From NCBI GenBank assembly GCA_963827235.1, contig CAWHAE010000010.1, positions 800,001-864,000 of the forward strand: 64,000 nucleotides of DNA. The letters run 5' to 3'. This DNA comes from an uncultured bacterium. Lineage in GTDB: Bacteria; Chloroflexota; UBA5177; JANWHV01. The stretch's first letter is position 1. Each line of letters starts with the position of its first letter. This document shows positions 1-9,705 of this stretch, piece by piece. The notes beneath the pieces are model-generated. The model was given only the letters and a program-made list of their open reading frames with translations. It made no database searches and was not told the origin of the DNA. The translations under genes and the position numbers were made by a program.

Positions 1-1
1 G

Positions 2-340
2 TCGGGAGCGGCGGCAGTGGCACGCCTGCTCGAGCTGAGTCCGCTGCCCGACGCCATCTTTGCGGCCAATGACCTGATGGCCCTGGGGGCGCTCAGTGCG
101 TTACGCCATGCCGGCGTCCGTGTTCCCGACGATATCGCGCTCATCGGCTTCGACGATATCCCTGAAACGGAGATCGTCTATCCGCAGCTGACCACAATTC
201 GCCAGCCGGCGCACGAGATTGGCAAGCAGGCGGGACTACTGCTCCTCAAGAGGCTCGGCAGGATCAGGAGCGATCTGCCCGAGGAGCCCGGGGCGATCGT
301 GCCCGTGGAGCCCGTGCTCGTGCGCAGGGGCACCGCTTGA
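2..340 (+). CDS. LacI-family transcriptional regulator, C-terminal part (truncated by the window edge)
   Basis: PDAIFAANDLMALGAL...VPDDIALIGFDD...LTTIRQP...LVRRGT is the LacI effector-domain signature; the frame is open to the window start. Confidence 0.9.
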   Translation, partial: SGAAAVARLLELSPLPDAIFAANDLMALGALSALRHAGVRVPDDIALIGFDDIPETEIVYPQLTTIRQPAHEIGKQAGLLLLKRLGRIRSDLPEEPGAIVPVEPVLVRRGTA

Positions 341-477
341 ACCGGTCGTGGCGCGATCGCCCGCCGGCACGCAGGAGAACGAGAGAGAAGGAGGTGAGTC
401 ACCCAAGACCGAAGCTACTCGGAGTCATCGCCGACCACCTTGAGTTGATGTGCATAGTACGCCAGTAGGAGCACACC

Positions 478-1905
478 ATGGATGAGCTCACCGAATCCAG
501 TGTATCCCGGCCGTCCCGACGAGAGGCCCTTGCAGGAGCGGCGAAGATCGCTGTAGCCGCCGCGGGTGCGGCCGCAGGCGCCGGCAGCCTCGGCTCCGTC
601 GCACGCGCCGCGCGCATAGAGGCGCGCGATCTCGACGCATCGTCAGTAAATCTGACGTGGGTCATAGAGATGAACGATCCGACCGATCAGGGCGTGATCA
701 AGGACTACTTCATCAAGCCGTACCAGCAGATCCACCCGAACGTCTCCGTCACCCTCCAGGCGCCGGCCGCTACCTCAAACATCGACAGGCTGCTCCAGAC
801 GCAGTTCGCGGCCGGTGCAGGACCAGATATCTACGACGAGCAGGGTCCTTCGTTCATGCCGCCGTTCATTCAGAACGGGGATGCCGCGCTGTTGGACTCG
901 TATGCGGCCAAGTACGGCTGGAAAGACAAGCTCTCGTCGTTCGCGCTCAACTCCAGCCTCTATCAAGGCAAGCTCTACTACATCCCAACTGAGTTCGAGA
1001 CCATGTTCCTCTGGTACAACAAGGGGCTGATGCAGAAGCACGGCTGGAAGGTGCCGACGACCTACGACGAGATGATGGCCGTCTCCAAGGAGATCAAGTC
1101 GGCGGGGCTTATCCCGTTCGCCTTCGGCGTGCAGGGTTATCTCGGCGGCTGGGACTGGTGGTACAGCTATTTCCTCAACGCATACCTCGGCACCAAGAAG
1201 CTGTACAGAATCCTGACCGGTCAGGTACCGTGGACCGACCCGGACGTCGCCCAAAGCTTCGCCATGTTCAAGGCGATGTGGGACGCCGGCTACATCATGA
1301 ACAAGCAGACCTCGGCGGTCAACTTCAGTGAGAGCTGGTCGCTGTGGGGCCAGGGCAAGGCAGTCTTCCGCTGTGAAGGCACCTGGGGCTTTGCGCCCGG
1401 CACGGTGTACCAGTACGCGAAGGACATCACCTGGGACGTGGCGCCGCTGCCCACCTGGAAACCGGGCATCGACTATCATTATCCGGTCGGCGTCGGCGAG
1501 GTCAACGTCATCAACCCGAAGAGCAAGAACATCGCCGTGGCGGCCGACTTCTACGACTTCGTGTTCTTCCGCAACCGGCAGCAGATCCTGCAGTGGATGC
1601 CGAAGATGGCAGGCAACTTTGCTCCGCCGCTCAAGTGGAATCTGAGCGACTTTGGCAGCACCTTTGATCCGAGGCTGGCGCAGATCATCGTCTCTACCAG
1701 CAAAGCGATGGCCACCAGCCAGGCCGGCTACCTCTCATGGACGGCCTGGCCGGCAAAGACCGAAGCGTACATGTGGGGCAACATCGAGGACGTCCTTTAC
1801 GGCCGGCGCACGATCGCGGATTACCTGAAGTCCGTGCAGGCGGTATTCGCGGGTGAAAAGGCTGCGGGCGCGTTACCGCAGGTACCCAAGCCCGCCGGCA
1901 TGTAG
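478..1905 (+). CDS. Carbohydrate ABC transporter substrate-binding protein with a Tat-like signal
   Basis: SRREAL twin-arginine-like signal, GAGPDI, YQGKLYYIP, LWYNKGL, VPTTYDEM; SD AGGAG; upstream of two permeases. Confidence 0.9.
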   Translation: MDELTESSVSRPSRREALAGAAKIAVAAAGAAAGAGSLGSVARAARIEARDLDASSVNLTWVIEMNDPTDQGVIKDYFIKPYQQIHPNVSVTLQAPAATSNIDRLLQTQFAAGAGPDIYDEQGPSFMPPFIQNGDAALLDSYAAKYGWKDKLSSFALNSSLYQGKLYYIPTEFETMFLWYNKGLMQKHGWKVPTTYDEMMAVSKEIKSAGLIPFAFGVQGYLGGWDWWYSYFLNAYLGTKKLYRILTGQVPWTDPDVAQSFAMFKAMWDAGYIMNKQTSAVNFSESWSLWGQGKAVFRCEGTWGFAPGTVYQYAKDITWDVAPLPTWKPGIDYHYPVGVGEVNVINPKSKNIAVAADFYDFVFFRNRQQILQWMPKMAGNFAPPLKWNLSDFGSTFDPRLAQIIVSTSKAMATSQAGYLSWTAWPAKTEAYMWGNIEDVLYGRRTIADYLKSVQAVFAGEKAAGALPQVPKPAGM

Positions 1906-1930
1906 GTTACTGTCGGGCAGTCAACTACAG

Positions 1931-1975
1931 GGGTGAGAGGGCGGTGCTGTCTCCTGTCAGCCGTCCCTCTCACCC
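1931..1975 (+). terminator. Stem-loop after the SBP gene (mRNA stabiliser or partial terminator)
   Basis: GGGTGAGAGGG (1931-1941) pairs perfectly with CCCTCTCACCC (1965-1975); no U-tract. Confidence 0.5.
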
Positions 1976-2355
1976 AAAGCCTCCGCCGGCAGTTTACGAT
2001 AGGGAATCACGGGTCAAGACCGGCGGTTAACAGGCTCAGCCAAGGCGACGGGCGGGATGAATCCCGCGCCAAGCAACACCCGCAAGCGGTACCTGGGGGC
2101 CTGCACGCGCCGAAGCGCGGGGCATGACGACCGTCGATATCGCGTTGATCCGCCAGGCAGCCGGAGTGCTGCTCAGCGCGACCGGCCGCATTTCCCACGC
2201 AACCGAACGATGTTGGCACAGGGCCGGCGCTTGGCGACACTCGCACGGGGCGGTGCTGAAACGCGGAGCGTTGAGCGTGCGGCAGAAGCGCGATCAGCCG
2301 CATTCCCCTCAACTGATCGATATTGGAATAGGGAGCCAGGTCCTGAGGAACACTG

Positions 2356-3300
2356 ATGACGACGCTTGATGGTCTCAGTACACCGCAGCTGCAGCCGTCC
2401 GTGCTCACGGGCGCCGCGCGACGTCGCCGCTGGCGACGCCGAATGGCACCGTGGCTGTTCATCTTGCCGGCCGTGGTGCTGCACGTCTGCGTGATCGGCG
2501 CGCCGGCGCTCTACACCTTCTACCTGTCGCTCACAAGCTGGAACGGCTTCACATTCGGTAAGTACGTCGGCCTAGACAACTACCGGCAGGTGTTCCACGA
2601 CAGCACCGCGTTGTTAGCCCTGGAAAACAACATCAAGTGGACGTGCATCTTCCTGACCATCCCCATCGCGTTGGGACTGGGCACGGCGCTGGCGATTTCA
2701 TCGATCCGGCGAGTCGGCCTGCAGATGACCTATCGCACGATATTCTATCTTCCCGCCACGGTGTCGGGCGTCGTGGTCGGCCGGCTGTGGCAGTGGATCT
2801 ATGACCCGTTCTATGGGATAAACACCAAGCTCGCTTCCTGGGGCTGGACCGGACTGGCGCAGAGCTGGCTCGCGGATCCGAACATCGCCCTGTACGCCGT
2901 CGCCAACGCCGACAACTGGCGGTGGTGGGGCTACCTGATGATCATCTTCCTGGCGGCCCTGCACAATGTGGATGCCACGCTGCAGGAAGCTGCTCAGCTC
3001 GACGGATGCAGCCGGTTCCGCATATTCTGGCACATCACACTGCCGAGCCTGAGGCCGACGCTGGTGTTTGTCGGCTTGCTGACCATCATCTGGTCCTTCC
3101 AGGTGATCGAGCTCATCTTCGTGATGACCCAGGGCGGGCCCGCCAATTCCTCGATGACGCTGTCCATGTGGATCTACCAGCAAACGATCTACAACTACAG
3201 CCCGGGCTACGCCAGCGCCATCGCGGTGCTGATGACGGCCGGGATGTCGGTGTTCATCGCCGGCTTTGTCTATTTGCGGCACAAAGGGTGGGATGTATGA
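2356..3300 (+). CDS. Carbohydrate ABC transporter permease (MalF-like)
   Basis: PWLFILPA, VGLDNY, EAAQLDGCS EAA loop, MTQGGP; multiple TM segments. Confidence 0.92.
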   Translation: MTTLDGLSTPQLQPSVLTGAARRRRWRRRMAPWLFILPAVVLHVCVIGAPALYTFYLSLTSWNGFTFGKYVGLDNYRQVFHDSTALLALENNIKWTCIFLTIPIALGLGTALAISSIRRVGLQMTYRTIFYLPATVSGVVVGRLWQWIYDPFYGINTKLASWGWTGLAQSWLADPNIALYAVANADNWRWWGYLMIIFLAALHNVDATLQEAAQLDGCSRFRIFWHITLPSLRPTLVFVGLLTIIWSFQVIELIFVMTQGGPANSSMTLSMWIYQQTIYNYSPGYASAIAVLMTAGMSVFIAGFVYLRHKGWDV

Positions 3301-4166
3301 GCGCGCCGAGCACTGTTCAGCGACAAGGGAACGGCCTTAGCCGGCTGCGTTCCCTGCGCTCGCTGCCGAAACACGTCATCCTCGTGGTGCTGGCATTCAC
3401 CGCGCTCGCTCCCCTGGTGCTGCTGCTGGTGAACTCGGTAAAGTCCGATCAGGCCATCAAGGCCGACGCGTTCACCTGGCCCGATGGTCTGCACCTGGAG
3501 AACTTTACGAACGCATGGCACGACGCGGACTACGGACCGGCATTCGTCAACAGCATCATCGTCACAGCCTCTACCATCATCATCGTCTGTCTGTTTGGCG
3601 GCATGTGCGCCTACGGACTGGCGCGGTTCAAGATGCCGGGCATGAACATGGTGCTGATCTACCTGTTCATCACTTTCAGCCTCCCCGGGCTGCTGTACCT
3701 GGTGCCGTTGTTCATTCTCTGGCACAACCTGCACCTCCTCGACACACTGCAGGGCATCATCATCATCTACGCGGCACAGCAGATGCCCTTCTCGATCATG
3801 CTCCTGCGCACCTTCTTCGTGGGGCTCCCGGTAGAGCTGGAGGATGCGGCGCGTGTGGACGGCTGCGGCGAGCTCGGGGTCTTCCGGCGCGTGATCTCAC
3901 CGCTGGCCTGGCCTGGATTCGCATCCGTCGGCCTGATCGTGGGCATAGCAAGCTGGAACGAGTTCATCTTTGCCGTCACCTTCCTGCCAAGCCAGGCGGT
4001 GCAGACGGTGGCCGTGCGCTATACCTCATTCTCCGGGACCTACGATCAGGACCTCGCCGCGGCCACGGCAGCAGCAACGATCATGATCTTGCCTGCCATG
4101 ATCCTGTTCCTGCTGCTGCAGAGGCGCTTCGTGGAAGGGATGACCGCCGGCGGCGTGCGTGGGTGA
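3297..4166 (+). CDS. Carbohydrate ABC transporter permease (MalG-like)
   Basis: ATGA overlap with the previous stop; ELEDAARVDG EAA loop, WNEF, QRRFVEGMTAGGVRG C-terminus. Confidence 0.92.
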   Translation: MSAPSTVQRQGNGLSRLRSLRSLPKHVILVVLAFTALAPLVLLLVNSVKSDQAIKADAFTWPDGLHLENFTNAWHDADYGPAFVNSIIVTASTIIIVCLFGGMCAYGLARFKMPGMNMVLIYLFITFSLPGLLYLVPLFILWHNLHLLDTLQGIIIIYAAQQMPFSIMLLRTFFVGLPVELEDAARVDGCGELGVFRRVISPLAWPGFASVGLIVGIASWNEFIFAVTFLPSQAVQTVAVRYTSFSGTYDQDLAAATAAATIMILPAMILFLLLQRRFVEGMTAGGVRG

Positions 4167-4506
4167 TTCGATTGCCGAGAGCCTCGGCAGACGCACGGTG
4201 GGCGACCGTGCCGACATGAGGGGTGAATAAGGCCTCCGTGCGCGTCCGGGCGGAAGTCTGCAATTCACCTACGTGCAAACGCGCGGATCCTGGGTGAAAC
4301 GGCGGCGCCCGGCCGCTCAGGCGCAGCAGGCCGGTCCCGTCCGGCCCGGTGAGGCGAGCGCAGCTCACTATGGGCTGCTACCCGCCGCAGGCCCGGAAGT
4401 CACCAGACGACGGCGGCAGCACGCAGCAGCGCGCATCATACAGTACCAGGGATGGGGAGACTCGAGGGCAGAACTGCCTGAACGTCAGCGGCGAAAGGGT
4501 ATCGCG

Positions 4507-6594
4507 ATGTCAATTCCTTCCGATTACTTGGAGCGCGTCTATGCCGGAGTGCTGGGCAAGCTGATCGGCGTCTATCTGGGTAGACCGTTTGAAGGGTGGG
4601 CGTACGAGCGAATCACGGCCGAGCTGGGAGAGATCGCGGGCTACGTGCATGAACGCTTCGGCTACCCGCTGATCGTCACCGACGACGATATCGCCGGCAC
4701 GTTCACCTTTCTGCGCGCCCTGCCGGACCACGACAACCGGCGCGACCTGAGCGCTCGCGACATCGGCGAGACCTGGCTCAACTACATCATCGAGCAGCGC
4801 TCCATCCTCTGGTGGGGCGGCATGGGAGACTCGACCGAGCACACGGCATACCTCCGACTCAAGTCCGGCATTCCGGCGCCGCGCAGCGGATCCGCTTCGC
4901 TGAACGGCAGGGTCGTGGCGGAGCAGATCGGTGCCCAGATCTTCATCGACGGCTGGGCCATGGTGGCACCGGGCCAACCCGATCTGGCTGCCGACCTGGC
5001 GCGACGAGCCGCGTCGGTCAGTCATGACGGCGAAGCTATCTTCGGCGCTCAGGTGATCGCCGCGATGGAGGCCGAGGCCTTTGTCGAGCGTGACATCCAG
5101 CACCTTCTGGACACAGCGCTGAGCCTGATCCCCTCCAACTCGCTTATCGCTCGCCTGATCGGTGACGTGCGTGAGTGGCACGCCGCCGAGCCGGACTGGC
5201 GCGTGGCGCGCGAGCTGATCGCCGGCCGCTACGGTTACGACACGTACGGCGGCAACTGCCACATGGTCCCCAACCATGCCTTGATCCTGCTCGGCTTGCT
5301 CTATGGCGGCGGCGACATGCGGCGCTCTCTGAGCATCGTCAACACCTGCGGCTGGGATACCGACTGCAATTCGGGCAACCTGGGTTGCCTGCTGGGGATC
5401 AGGAATGGCCTCGAAGCGTTCGAGGCGCTGCCGGACTTGCGAGAGCCGGTGGCCGACCGGCTCTACCTTTCCAGCGCCGATGGCGGCAGAGGCATCTCTG
5501 ACGCGGTGACGGAGGCCTATCACGTGGCCAACGCGGGTCGGGCCCTGGCCGGGTTGTCTTCTCTTGCACCCAAGCGCGGCGCCCGATTTCACTTTGAGCT
5601 GCCCGGATCGGTCCAGGGTTTCCAGGCCGACGACGCCATTCTGGTCGAGAACGTCGCAGGCCCCAGCAGCCTCGGCGAACGTGCGTTGGCGCTGCACTAT
5701 CGCCTGCAGCCCGGTGCAGTGAGTCGCGTTGCCACGCCGACTTTCATCCCGCTCGAGATGGTCCCGGAAACGCACTATATGCTCATGGCAGCGCCGACCG
5801 TGTATCCGGGACAGACCATTCGCGCCACGTTGTCGACCGACGAGACCAATCCCGCACCGGTCACCTGCGGCCTGTTTCTTCGCTACTACGGCCCGCGCGA
5901 CGAGCTGGTCACCGTCGAGGGTCCGGCCGCGGCGCTCAATCCGGGCGCGGCCCAAACACTGGCCTGGCCCATAGGCCGCCTGGATACTCCCACTATCGCG
6001 CAGGTGGGTCTGGCGCTCGCCGGCGCGACGGCCACTGCCGGTACTGTCTACCTGGACGCTCTTTCGTGGGACGGCGCGCCCGACGTTACCCTGACCCGCC
6101 CGCCGTTCGAGGGCACTCTGTGGCGGCGTGTCTGGGTCGACGCCATGGACCACTTCGGTGCACGCTGGCCCGAGCCCTTCCATGTCAGCCAGGATGAAGG
6201 TCGCGGCATGCTGATGACCGGCACCGCTGAATGGAGCGACTATCAGGTCAGCGCCACGGTGATCCCACACGTGGCGGCAGCCTGCGGCATCGCGGCGCGC
6301 GTACAGGGCCTGCGGCGATACTACGCCCTCCTGTTGCGGCGCGAAGGCACAGCGCAACTGGTCAGGATGCTCGAGGGCGAGACGGTGCTGGCGGAGACCA
6401 AGCTGAAGTGGGAGTACGATCGCGGCTACACGCTGCGACTGCAGGCGGAGGGCACACGCCTGAGAGCCTGGCTGGACGGGCAGCTGTACTTTGACGTGCA
6501 GGATGCCTCATTCACGTCGGGTGGAGTGGCTCTCGTGTGCGAAGAGGGCCGCATGGTGACGGATTCCGTTACCGTGAGCCCGGCAACGCCGTGA
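4507..6594 (+). CDS. ADP-ribosylglycohydrolase-family protein with C-terminal beta-sandwich domains
   Basis: YLERVYAGVLGKLIGVYLGRPFEGW, TDDD metal motif, SHDGEA, GWDTDCN; beta-rich C-terminus (WSDYQVSA...SGGVAL). Confidence 0.85.
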   Translation: MSIPSDYLERVYAGVLGKLIGVYLGRPFEGWAYERITAELGEIAGYVHERFGYPLIVTDDDIAGTFTFLRALPDHDNRRDLSARDIGETWLNYIIEQRSILWWGGMGDSTEHTAYLRLKSGIPAPRSGSASLNGRVVAEQIGAQIFIDGWAMVAPGQPDLAADLARRAASVSHDGEAIFGAQVIAAMEAEAFVERDIQHLLDTALSLIPSNSLIARLIGDVREWHAAEPDWRVARELIAGRYGYDTYGGNCHMVPNHALILLGLLYGGGDMRRSLSIVNTCGWDTDCNSGNLGCLLGIRNGLEAFEALPDLREPVADRLYLSSADGGRGISDAVTEAYHVANAGRALAGLSSLAPKRGARFHFELPGSVQGFQADDAILVENVAGPSSLGERALALHYRLQPGAVSRVATPTFIPLEMVPETHYMLMAAPTVYPGQTIRATLSTDETNPAPVTCGLFLRYYGPRDELVTVEGPAAALNPGAAQTLAWPIGRLDTPTIAQVGLALAGATATAGTVYLDALSWDGAPDVTLTRPPFEGTLWRRVWVDAMDHFGARWPEPFHVSQDEGRGMLMTGTAEWSDYQVSATVIPHVAAACGIAARVQGLRRYYALLLRREGTAQLVRMLEGETVLAETKLKWEYDRGYTLRLQAEGTRLRAWLDGQLYFDVQDASFTSGGVALVCEEGRMVTDSVTVSPATP

Positions 6595-6755
6595 ATCCGG
6601 CGCGAGGACAGCGGAGCGCACTCTCTCGAGGTGCATCAACAACATGATGGTGCGATCGGCGGCCTGCGATCGGCGGCCCCGGCGAGGCCAGTAGGCCGGC
6701 CGCGAGAACAGCCAGTCGTGGCCGAGCGTCCGCCGCCGTGCCCGGAGAAGGCCGC

Positions 6756-7766
6756 CTACGCCGAGAGCCACTCCCGCACGCGATCGTTCACGTACTCGGC
6801 ATCGGCGGCGTTGGGCCCCGCGCCCGCGGTATGCCCCCACAGCGACGGAATAGGCTCTAGCTTCGCACCGGGTATGTGCCGCGCTTCGTAGGCGCTATCG
6901 TCGACCGGGAAATACAGATCGGTGGCACAGGGCATGATCAGCGTGCGCGCTGTGATGGATGCCAGAGCGGCTTCGAGATTGCCCTCGAAGCCGGGCGTCG
7001 CTCCCACGTCGGCGTGCTGCCAGGTCCAGGCCAGGGCGAGCAGATCGTTGGCGTCGTGAGCCAGAAACGAGTCTTCCCAGGCGCGCTCGACGTAGTCCTC
7101 GAGCGACTCGTAGCCCGCTTCGAGATAGAGCTGCTGCCGATAAAACGCCTGGGACATGCCCCAGCCGGCCCACACGCGGCCCAAAGCACGCAAACCGACT
7201 TCCGGCGGCTTCTCGTAGTGCCCGCCCTGCCAGGCGCAGTCGGCACGCAGCGTGGCCATAACGCCTTCGAGGAATACCTTGTTGTGGATGGCGGTGCGCG
7301 CAGAGCCGCAGATGGCGACAGCCCGCTCCACCATGGATGGGTAGGCCACGGCCCATTGGAACGTCTGCTGCGCTCCCATGGAGAAACCGACCACCATTTG
7401 CAGCCGTTCGATGCCGAACACGTCGCTCACAAGCCTGTGCTGGAACGCTACGTTGTCGCAGACCGTGACATGCGGAAAGGCGGGTCCGCCGCACGGTGCC
7501 GGCGTGTTGCTCGGCGACGACGACATCCCGTCGCAGAGCAGGTCCGGCACGATTATGAAGTAGCGGCGCGGGTCCAGTGCCTTGCCCTCCCCTACGAGGT
7601 AGGCGTTGTCCACGTGCGTGCCGCCATAGTGCGTGGGAAACACGATCGCGTTGTCGCGCGCGGCGTTGAGGGTACCGTGGGTGACATAGGCCAGCTTTGC
7701 TGCCGGCAAAGTGCCACCGCACTGCAGGGCACAGTCGCCCAGGTCATAGATCTCGAACCCGTTCAC
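6756..7766 (-). CDS. Alpha/beta-fold hydrolase, homoserine O-acetyltransferase-like family
   Basis: LAYVTHGTLN..RDNAIV, GFSMG nucleophile, DLYFP Asp, WGH His; GTG start after SD GGAGGAGG. Confidence 0.85.
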   Translation of the reverse strand: MNGFEIYDLGDCALQCGGTLPAAKLAYVTHGTLNAARDNAIVFPTHYGGTHVDNAYLVGEGKALDPRRYFIIVPDLLCDGMSSSPSNTPAPCGGPAFPHVTVCDNVAFQHRLVSDVFGIERLQMVVGFSMGAQQTFQWAVAYPSMVERAVAICGSARTAIHNKVFLEGVMATLRADCAWQGGHYEKPPEVGLRALGRVWAGWGMSQAFYRQQLYLEAGYESLEDYVERAWEDSFLAHDANDLLALAWTWQHADVGATPGFEGNLEAALASITARTLIMPCATDLYFPVDDSAYEARHIPGAKLEPIPSLWGHTAGAGPNAADAEYVNDRVREWLSA

Positions 7767-8048
7767 GCGTACTATCCTCCTCCGGCTTGGAGGCCATTCC
7801 TCTGGGGAGCGGCCCTTCTCAGACGTGCGCCGCAGCGAGAGACCGGTCGTGGGCGCCCGACCGGGCGGCGAGCTGCACTCACGCCCGGGCAGGGGTATAG
7901 CCCAAAGGGGTTCAGACATGCAGAAAACAGGCTCAGAACCGGGAAGAGAAGCTCCTCGTGGCCGCGGGCAATGCGGTCGAGGCGTTGGGTTGGGTCCCTC
8001 TTCTGGTGACGCTCCCGTGATGATAGCCGGAGAGCGCCATTATGGACA

Positions 8049-8063
8049 ACTGGCCTGACAAGT
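8049..8063. promoter_or_regulatory. Putative GntR/FadR-type operator next to a minus-strand -10 (CATAAT, 8039-8044)
   Basis: ACTGGCCTGACAAGT is an imperfect palindrome resembling TGGTCnGACCA. Confidence 0.35.
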
Positions 8064-8412
8064 ATCCTGGAGACAGTTGCCGTCGACATCCGCGCCGGCG
8101 CAGGGTGCGCAGCAGGCCCACTCGAGGCCACGGCAATCCGCTTGGGAGCTTGATCGCCTGGCCGGCAAGGAGTTCGCTGCGCTCGCGCGGTCAGGTCTCA
8201 ACCGGAATTGCCGTGCCGAAACCGGCAGCATGAAGGTGAGACCGCCGCCACGCGTCAGGCAGTCGGGCCGCGACGGCCGGATTCCCGGGCCAGATGGTGT
8301 CTACATATCAGGCAACTCAGAGGTATCCGCCGCGGCTGACGCGCCTTCCCTGCTCGCCTCAGGCTGGGAGCCGCGCCCTTCCTGCCGTCGAAGCCGGCCT
8401 CGGCGCCAGCCG

Positions 8413-9519
8413 CTAGAACGGTGTCGGGACCTGCAGGCGGGCGGCCAGGGCGCGGAGCGCCGCCACGACGGCCGATTCCAGGCGCACTCCGCGCTGCCGG
8501 GAATCCAGCGCGGCTCGCTCCTCTTTCTCGCCGGCGACGAGGATCTCCGCCGCTCCCGCCGCGCGAGGCGTCGCCTTGATGCGCCGCATCAGGTCGGCGG
8601 CGCGAGACCTAAACGCCGCCACGTCGTCGAATGCCGCGACGTTGATCGCCATGAAGAACTGCCCGAGATTGCTCAGGCGACCGGGGTTCCACATGGTGGT
8701 GACCAGCGGACCATATTCGGCGCCGGGCAGGACAGCGGCCAGCAGCTCGATGGCCATGGCCAGTCCATAACCTTTATAGCCCGAGGTCTGCTCGAGGCCG
8801 CCCAGCGGCAGCAAGGCGCCGGCCAGCGCGCTCGCCGGCGACGTGGTCATGCTGCCGCTCTCGTCGAGCGCCCAGCCCTCCGCCAGCGGCTCGCCCCGGC
8901 GCTCCGCCACCTCTACTTTGCCGCGGGGCACTACCGAGGTGGCCATGTCCAGCACAAAAGGGCTGCCTCCAGCCGGCACGGCGATCGCGATCGGGTTTGT
9001 GCCGTAGGTTGCCGCCCTGCCGCGCGTCGGCGCAACTGTCGGGTGAGTGTTGGTCAGCGAGATACCGATCATGTCGCGCTCCAGGGCAAGCATGGCGTAG
9101 AAACCGGCGATTCCGTAATGGTTCGACCGGCGCACCGTCACCATGCCCAGATCGTGCTTCGCCGCCTTATCCATCGCCATGTTCATGGCGCGTACTCCGG
9201 CCGGCTGTCCCAGTCCGTTGCATCCGTCGAGCAGCGCCGTGGTAGCGCTCTCCCTGACGACCGCCGGCGTGGCCCGGCAGTCGATGAAGCCTTCCTCGAT
9301 CATGGTCACGTAGTAATCCAGCCTGGCCACGCCGTGAGAGGCTATGCCGCGAACGTCGGATGCTACCAGCACGCTCGCCGTCTGCCGGGCCGCCTCTTCC
9401 GGCACGCCGGCCCGCCTCAGCACGTTGCCCGTGAAGGCCGCCAGATCCTCTTCGCGGACGCGCAGCCCGCCCTTCGCCTCCGCGGGCGCCGCGTCGTGCC
9501 CTCGGCTCGATTCACCCAT
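8413..9519 (-). CDS. Ldh_2-family oxidoreductase (malate/L-lactate/sulfolactate dehydrogenase-like)
   Basis: SDVRGIASHGVARL, SNHYGIAG, GTNPIAIAVP, LDMATS, GYKGYGL. Confidence 0.9.
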   Translation of the reverse strand: MGESSRGHDAAPAEAKGGLRVREEDLAAFTGNVLRRAGVPEEAARQTASVLVASDVRGIASHGVARLDYYVTMIEEGFIDCRATPAVVRESATTALLDGCNGLGQPAGVRAMNMAMDKAAKHDLGMVTVRRSNHYGIAGFYAMLALERDMIGISLTNTHPTVAPTRGRAATYGTNPIAIAVPAGGSPFVLDMATSVVPRGKVEVAERRGEPLAEGWALDESGSMTTSPASALAGALLPLGGLEQTSGYKGYGLAMAIELLAAVLPGAEYGPLVTTMWNPGRLSNLGQFFMAINVAAFDDVAAFRSRAADLMRRIKATPRAAGAAEILVAGEKEERAALDSRQRGVRLESAVVAALRALAARLQVPTPF

Positions 9520-9705
9520 GACCGCACCTCATCTCCCGTTCAAGTCGTTCCCACCGCGCCGGTAGCCGAGTACCGAAGATACTGCGAGACCGAGACTGCC
9601 GAGCCGACAACCGGCTGGCAGACGTGATGCCGCTGCAAGTCCTCGCGCCGACCGCCTGTCAAACGTGCTCCATCTGCACCGGCGGCCGCGACCCGGGAGA
9701 CCGGC

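Noticed and set aside
2052-2067. Small hairpin GCGGGATGAATCCCGC resembling a REP element (also CCCTAC ends near 45905 and 47392)
   Set aside because: No repeated full-length copies and no RAYT/TnpA gene in the window.
4510-6357. Long antisense ORFs (also 8077-9627 +, 33581-35254 -, 35862-37427 +, 29210-30262 +)
   Set aside because: They mirror well-supported genes on the opposite strand, are expected from high-GC codon bias and carry no motifs.
7780-8030. SAM riboswitch expected upstream of a MetX-like gene
   Set aside because: The SAM-I core elements are not recognisable.
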